From: Octopus vulgaris
Taxonomy: Eukaryota
Assembly (NCBI GenBank): GCA_951406725.2
Contig: OX597832.1
Coordinates: 61,752,001-61,816,000, forward strand
Reading direction: 5' to 3'
Length of the DNA: 64,000 bases
Shown: positions 57,501-64,000 of the stretch, one piece after another
Layout of the letters: every line of letters starts with the position of its first letter
How positions within the stretch are numbered: position 1 is the first letter of the stretch
The notes under the pieces: generated by a model
Databases searched by the model: none
The model's input: only the letters and a program-made list of their open reading frames with translations
Told to the model about the DNA's origin: nothing
Translations under genes and position numbers: made by a program

Positions 57501-58383
57501 ATTCGTATATCCATCAAAAGCAACCATATAAAATAGTCGCCATTTAACAGAAAATATGCCTGTATCGACATAAGAATCAGTTGATGAATCGAAAAGGACA
57601 TATATAGGGGTACTGAGGACATATTTAAAGAATGCTACACACAGTCTTTCCATTCATTCTGGTCATGCTTTTGTACTCCACTATCAGATTATATTTGGTA
57701 CCTAAATGTCAGAAAATCAAGCAAATCCTATTTTAACAGAGATCTTCGCAAACGAAGGAAAACTTTAAAATATCTGTTGCAGTAAGTCCAATTTATACGA
57801 AAAAGAGATGATAAAGGCGTAAAAGCTGAAAGCCAATATTTGAATAATAGAAAAAAATAATTTGTTTTGTTTACGAGCAAAATATACAACTTTAAAATCT
57901 GGTGCCTATATCCGTACCGGGTTTATTGGATTTATAAAAGGGTTTCTTGTATAACGAACATTAGTGAGAAGGAGGGCAAAAGATAATGAGTCAAAACGGT
58001 TTGAAAACGGAAAATTCCACCCACAGGGCGAGATTTGTGTCATCTGTCAATTATTTGATAATTAATCAATTAATTAATTAATCAATAATTCCTTAGTGAA
58101 TAGGATTTTCAATCTGTACTTCTCATAGTAACGTATAAAGTGCATATGTTAAGTAACTGAATAAGTATGTACAGCAGCCATCTTATTCGTTTTGCGTCTT
58201 CGATTTCAGACCATGAGGAAACGATTTAGTTAAATCATTTAGGGAAAAATGGAAAAAAAGAGCGGAATCAAGAAAGAATCGTAAGTGTATTGTGACCAGC
58301 GGTGTATAACAAAAACTAGTAGTCTGATAGATACATTGAAGAAGTGATACACACTCACATACATAAATAAATGTAGATATTAT

Positions 58384-58464
<81 letters not shown>

Positions 58465-58501
58465 CATCAACAACAACAACAACAATAACAATAATAATAA
58501 T

Positions 58502-58538
<37 letters not shown>

Positions 58539-58567
58539 GCAACGACAACAACAACAACAACAACAAC

Positions 58568-58630
<63 letters not shown>

Positions 58631-58640
58631 CAATAATAAT

Positions 58641-58941
58641 AATACAAGCGGCCAGCAAGCATTAGAGCCAAAAAAAGAGCACATTCCATAAATATTATAA
58701 TTAATTGATAATTATAATTGAGGGTACACGAGGCACCACCGTTGCTATAAATAAGATTCGAACAATACTCTAATAAGCCATTTGTTGCGCTTTCAGTGAA
58801 ATAGTGGGTTATAAGTGTATCTTTCGAATCTTATTTATAGCAACGGTGGTGCCTAGTGTACCCTCAATTATAATTATTAATTAATTAGAAAATTTACGGA
58901 TTTGCTCTTACATTGGCTTTAATACTTACTGGCCATTTGTA

Positions 58942-58945
<4 letters not shown>
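58641..58945. mobile_element. Fold-back element (about 140-bp arms) flanked by (TAA)n left and (TTA)n right
   Basis: 58641-58782 is the inverted copy of 58803-58945; a one-armed relative lies at 60700-60815. Confidence 0.85.
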
Positions 58946-59017
<72 letters not shown>

Positions 59018-59089
59018 TATTATTATAATTATTATTATTAATATTATTATTATTACTATTATTACTATTATTATTATTACTATTATTAT

Positions 59090-60326
<1,237 letters not shown>

Positions 60327-60336
60327 ATTATTATTA

Positions 60337-60419
<83 letters not shown>

Positions 60420-60469
60420 TATTTATTTATTATTCATGATAATAATAATATCTATATTTATTTATTTAT

Positions 60470-60815
60470 GTAAAATTATCCACTGGCATCGTTTGAATTT
60501 GGCGCTTGGTCTTTCAACGATCAACAGGCATGAAGAAGCGAGTAAAAATTTTAACCCTACGTAGACAGCGAGACCCGTCGATGAGAACTAAGAGAATCAT
60601 CTCAAAGTTCGAAATCATAGGATGCAGGAATATCTGTAGCTTCATTTGCGACTATCATCCGCGTTGATTTCTTTGCTCGTCCCTCGATTTTCGTCGACTT
60701 GCTGTGCTTTCAGTGAAATGGTGGATTATTAGAGTATTTTTCGATTCTTATTTATAGCGATGCTGGTACCTCGGGTACCCTCAATTATAATTATTTGTTA
60801 ATTATAAAATTTATA
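60470..60815 (+). mobile_element. Single-arm relative of the 58641-58945 fold-back with hammerhead-like motif
   Basis: 60575-60625: TCGATGA-gaact...agttc-GAAA-tca-TA. 60700-60815 matches 58788-58895. Confidence 0.65.
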
Positions 60816-60829
60816 TATATATAAATATA

Positions 60830-60944
60830 AGGCAAAATCGACCACGGCGGAATTTGAACTCAGAACATAAAGATGGACGAAATGTCGCTAAGCATTTTGC
60901 CCGGCGTACTAACGATTCTGTCAGCTCACCGTCTTAGCAATGAC

Positions 60945-60980
<36 letters not shown>

Positions 60981-61195
60981 CCTCTGTACTATAGGAACAA
61001 TGACTGAGATTTGGGGAAGGGGGCAGTCGTTTACATAGACCCCGGTACACAACTGGTACTTATTTAATTGACCCCGAAAGGATGAAAGGGCAAAGTCGAC
61101 CTCGGCGGAATTTGAACTCAGAAAGTAAAGACGGACGAAATATTGTTAAGCATTTCGCCCGGCGTGCTAACGATTCTGCCAGTTCGCCGCTTTCG
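60830..61195 (-). mobile_element. Two tandem SINE-B copies
   Basis: About 60830-60935 (head only) and 60978-61195. Confidence 0.88.
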
Positions 61196-61231
61196 CCGGC
61201 TTAGCAATAATAATAATAATACTAATAACAA

Positions 61232-61500
61232 ATGGCTCGACGACGTCGTATGAGCGTTCAGCTTTTGCCGAACGACCTGCACAAATGGTTTGTTTAGAGT
61301 GATTAGATGTTCGTGCCGCACGTTAGTGCTCACTCTCTCCATTAAAGAGACACTGTTAGAACAAGTGCATGATGTGCCACCCGTCACGTGTCGAAGTCAT
61401 TGCAGAGCAACATGAGACGAAAAGATTTGCGCAAAAACACAGCGTACCACCCAATCTCGCGACTGTGTGTGCAACATCGTAACCACTAGGCCAACCGCCC
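61232..61500 (-). mobile_element. Probable additional tRNA-headed SINE, degraded
   Basis: Minus-strand head gggcggtTGGCCTAGTGGttacgatgttgcac is A-box-like; single copy here. Confidence 0.45.
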
Positions 61501-61507
61501 ATCACTA

Positions 61508-61628
61508 TCTATATAGATACGTAAATATAGATACGTAAATACGCGTAAATATGGATACGTATATATACGCAAATATAGATACGTAAATATTCGTAAATAG
61601 AGATACGCAAATATACGTAAATAAACGT
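61508..61628. repeat. Minisatellite of about 24 bp (atatagatacgtaaatatacgcaa-like), about 5 units
   Basis: Directly visible. Confidence 0.8.
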
Positions 61629-61829
61629 TTGCCTGTGGTAAATTGCGATGTTTCGGCATATTTTTAAATTTCACCTCCCACTATACATTTGGGCCATTAC
61701 AGATGACCACCACTACAAGTTTCTTTTTCACTTACACGTTCAAAATATAACTGTTCAATCAAAATTAGCATCTTAATTTACATTTCACATACCAGCTTGG
61801 TAATGACTAAGATATGTTATTAATGAAAG

Positions 61830-62060
61830 GGCGGCGAGCTGGCAGAAACGTTAGCACGTCGGGCGAAATGCGTAGCCGTATTTCGTCTGCCGTTACGTTC
61901 TGAGTTCAAATTCCGCTGAGGTCGACTTTGCCTTTCATCCTTTCGGGGTCGATTAAATAAGTACCAGTTACGCACTGGGGTCGATATAATCGATTTAATC
62001 CGTTTTTCTGTCCTTGTTTGTCTCCTCTGTGTTTAGCCCCTTGTGGGTAGTAAAGAAATA
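61830..62060 (+). mobile_element. SINE family B, full length, with about 17-bp TSD and Tx1-like tail
   Basis: GAGTTCAAATTCC B-box; central gcctttcatcctttcggggtcgattaaataagtacc; TSD atatgttattaatgaaa / atatattattaatgaaa. Confidence 0.92.
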
Positions 62061-62202
62061 TATATTATTAATGAAAAATTCATTGAAGCGAATTTTAGAA
62101 GAACATATTAACGACTGATTTAGAAATAAATATATCTTTGTAAATAGTACTCCTAAGAGTATTAAGGGCGAGATATTAGGGAAAGGGACGATTCGTTTAA
62201 GC

Positions 62203-62459
62203 CAGTGATTATCAACCATTCTTTTACCAATGGAACTCTGATTTCCTGTTTTACTTGAGAAATGGGGTATCTTCATAGCCATTTGGTGTCTAAAATCTTC
62301 TATTATGTTTTCGTAATAAAATATTATTGGGAATTGTATGAGAAATGTTTAAATATTTTGTGTATTGTAAAAGGGTAATCAGGTTATTGCATATAAAGTT
62401 TAAGGAGAAATCATAAATGGAACATAAGGAGCCATATGGAGCTTAGTTTAGAACCACTT
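62203..62459. mobile_element. hAT (Charlie-like) MITE
   Basis: Termini cagtgattatcaac / gtttagaaccact resemble those of 30489-30653. Confidence 0.55.
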
Positions 62460-62561
62460 AATATTTGAGGAATACCTGTGAATTTGGGACACATTTCAGA
62501 CTGATGAGACTCACACACACAAACAAAATATATATGTAGATATGTATATATACATACATAC

Positions 62562-62725
<164 letters not shown>

Positions 62726-62943
62726 TCTCACTTACGAGAACACGCATTCTTACATAAAGGAGCGACCATATCCACAGAGGTATGTAGAGAGAGACGTAGA
62801 GAGGCAGAGAGAGTAAGAGAGGGACAGAGAGAGAAAGAAATAGAGGAATAGACTGAATGAGAAGGCAAGAAAAAGCTATATAGCGAAAGATAGAGAGATA
62901 AGAAAATATATAGGTTCTGGTGAATATATACACAGAGAAACAT

Positions 62944-62974
<31 letters not shown>

Positions 62975-63227
62975 GAGGAGAGAGAAGGAGGGGGAAAATT
63001 GGAGAGGTAGATAGAAACTGGGAGAAAGAGAGGGAGAGACGATAGCGATGAACAAGTGCTGAGAGAGTGAAATAGCTGCACACTCAATTGTTATTGTAAA
63101 TGATTAATTGAGCAATTAAGCATCGATATGATTTATTTATTGATCTGCACAAACTTTCCATTTCTACGTGTGGGATTCATTTTCTCCGCCCACAGATCTC
63201 ACACTTTCTCACTCTCTCACACACATA

Positions 63228-63318
<91 letters not shown>

Positions 63319-63515
63319 AGTCTGTCAGGTCTGTTTATCAGTGTGTCTGTCTATCTGTCGATCTGTTTATGTATTTCTTGTTCAATACATACATATATAT
63401 ACAAATGCATATATGCAAATGTATATGTGTTTGTGTTTCTGTGTGTGTATGTGAGTATGTGTCTGTGTGAGTGTGTATGTGTATGTATGCAGAGACAGCG
63501 AATGAAAGACAAATT

Positions 63516-63546
<31 letters not shown>

Positions 63547-63671
63547 TTCTAGATACAAAAGTGTGTGAAATATAAATATGTATATATATATGAATGTAAA
63601 ATACATCACGTATATATATAAATATAAAATACATCAAGTACACACACACATACATATGTATATATATATAT

Positions 63672-64000
63672 CTCGACCGTGTCCTTGCCCCCCTAGTGGC
63701 ATCTCTTCCCTCCCACATCCACGATACCAACCATGCTCTCCGGCTTTTCAACTCTTTCTCCTTTCCTCCCGGCTCCTCCAAAATCCTTTTTACTATGGAC
63801 ATCCAAAGCCTCTATACTGTTATCCCTCACCACGAAGGACTGCAGGCCCTTCGACACTTTCTTGACCTCCGCTCTAACCCTGTACCTGACACCTCCACAC
63901 TCATTCGTCTGGCCGAACTTGTCCTTACTCTGAACTGCTTCTCGTTCGCGGGCGAGTTCTACCATGAGGTCTCGGGAGTGGCCATGGGAACGCGAATGGG
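63672..64000 (+). CDS. Penelope-like element reverse transcriptase, 5'-truncated at (TA)n, open to window end
   Basis: Uninterrupted frame LDRVLAPLVASLPSHIHDTNHAL...LFTMDIQSLYTVIPHHEGLQAL...LAELVLTLNCFSFAGEFYHEVSGVAMGTRM has the PLE RT motifs DxxSLYTxIP and GxAMG. It is not listed in the supplied ORF track. Confidence 0.93.

Noticed and set aside
61508-61628. CRISPR-like periodic repeat
   Set aside because: There are no unique spacers and no cas genes, and the context is eukaryotic; it is a simple minisatellite.

Overview
This is a eukaryotic, very AT-rich, gene-poor window (intergenic or intronic) saturated with microsatellites: (TA)n, (CA)n, (GATA)n, (TACA)n, (TAA)n, (GAT)n. The microsatellite load and SINE complement look like an octopus/coleoid cephalopod genome (inference, not verified). 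No host protein-coding gene is confidently identifiable, and almost all ORFs in the supplied track are microsatellite artefacts. The real content is mobile DNA. (i) At least four tRNA-headed SINE families, locally named A-D, with about 40 copies. (ii) 3' fragments of a CR1-group LINE, a Tx1/L1-like LINE and an R4/Dong-like RLE LINE sitting in (TAA)n. (iii) Mariner and hAT remnants and MITEs. (iv) Penelope-like element (PLE) pieces, including an open RT frame at the window end and a GIY-YIG C-terminus. The most striking signal is a set of about 10 unrelated non-coding elements, mostly inserted in (TA)n and often built as long fold-back inverted repeats (arms up to about 400 bp). Most carry type I hammerhead ribozyme motifs, usually with a self-complementary stem III and recurring non-canonical cores (U3-A8, C4, extra base after A9), and in the fold-backs they occur on both strands. 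Two SINE families share 3' tails with LINE 3' ends present in the same window. Coordinates of degraded repeats are approximate and all structures were folded by eye.
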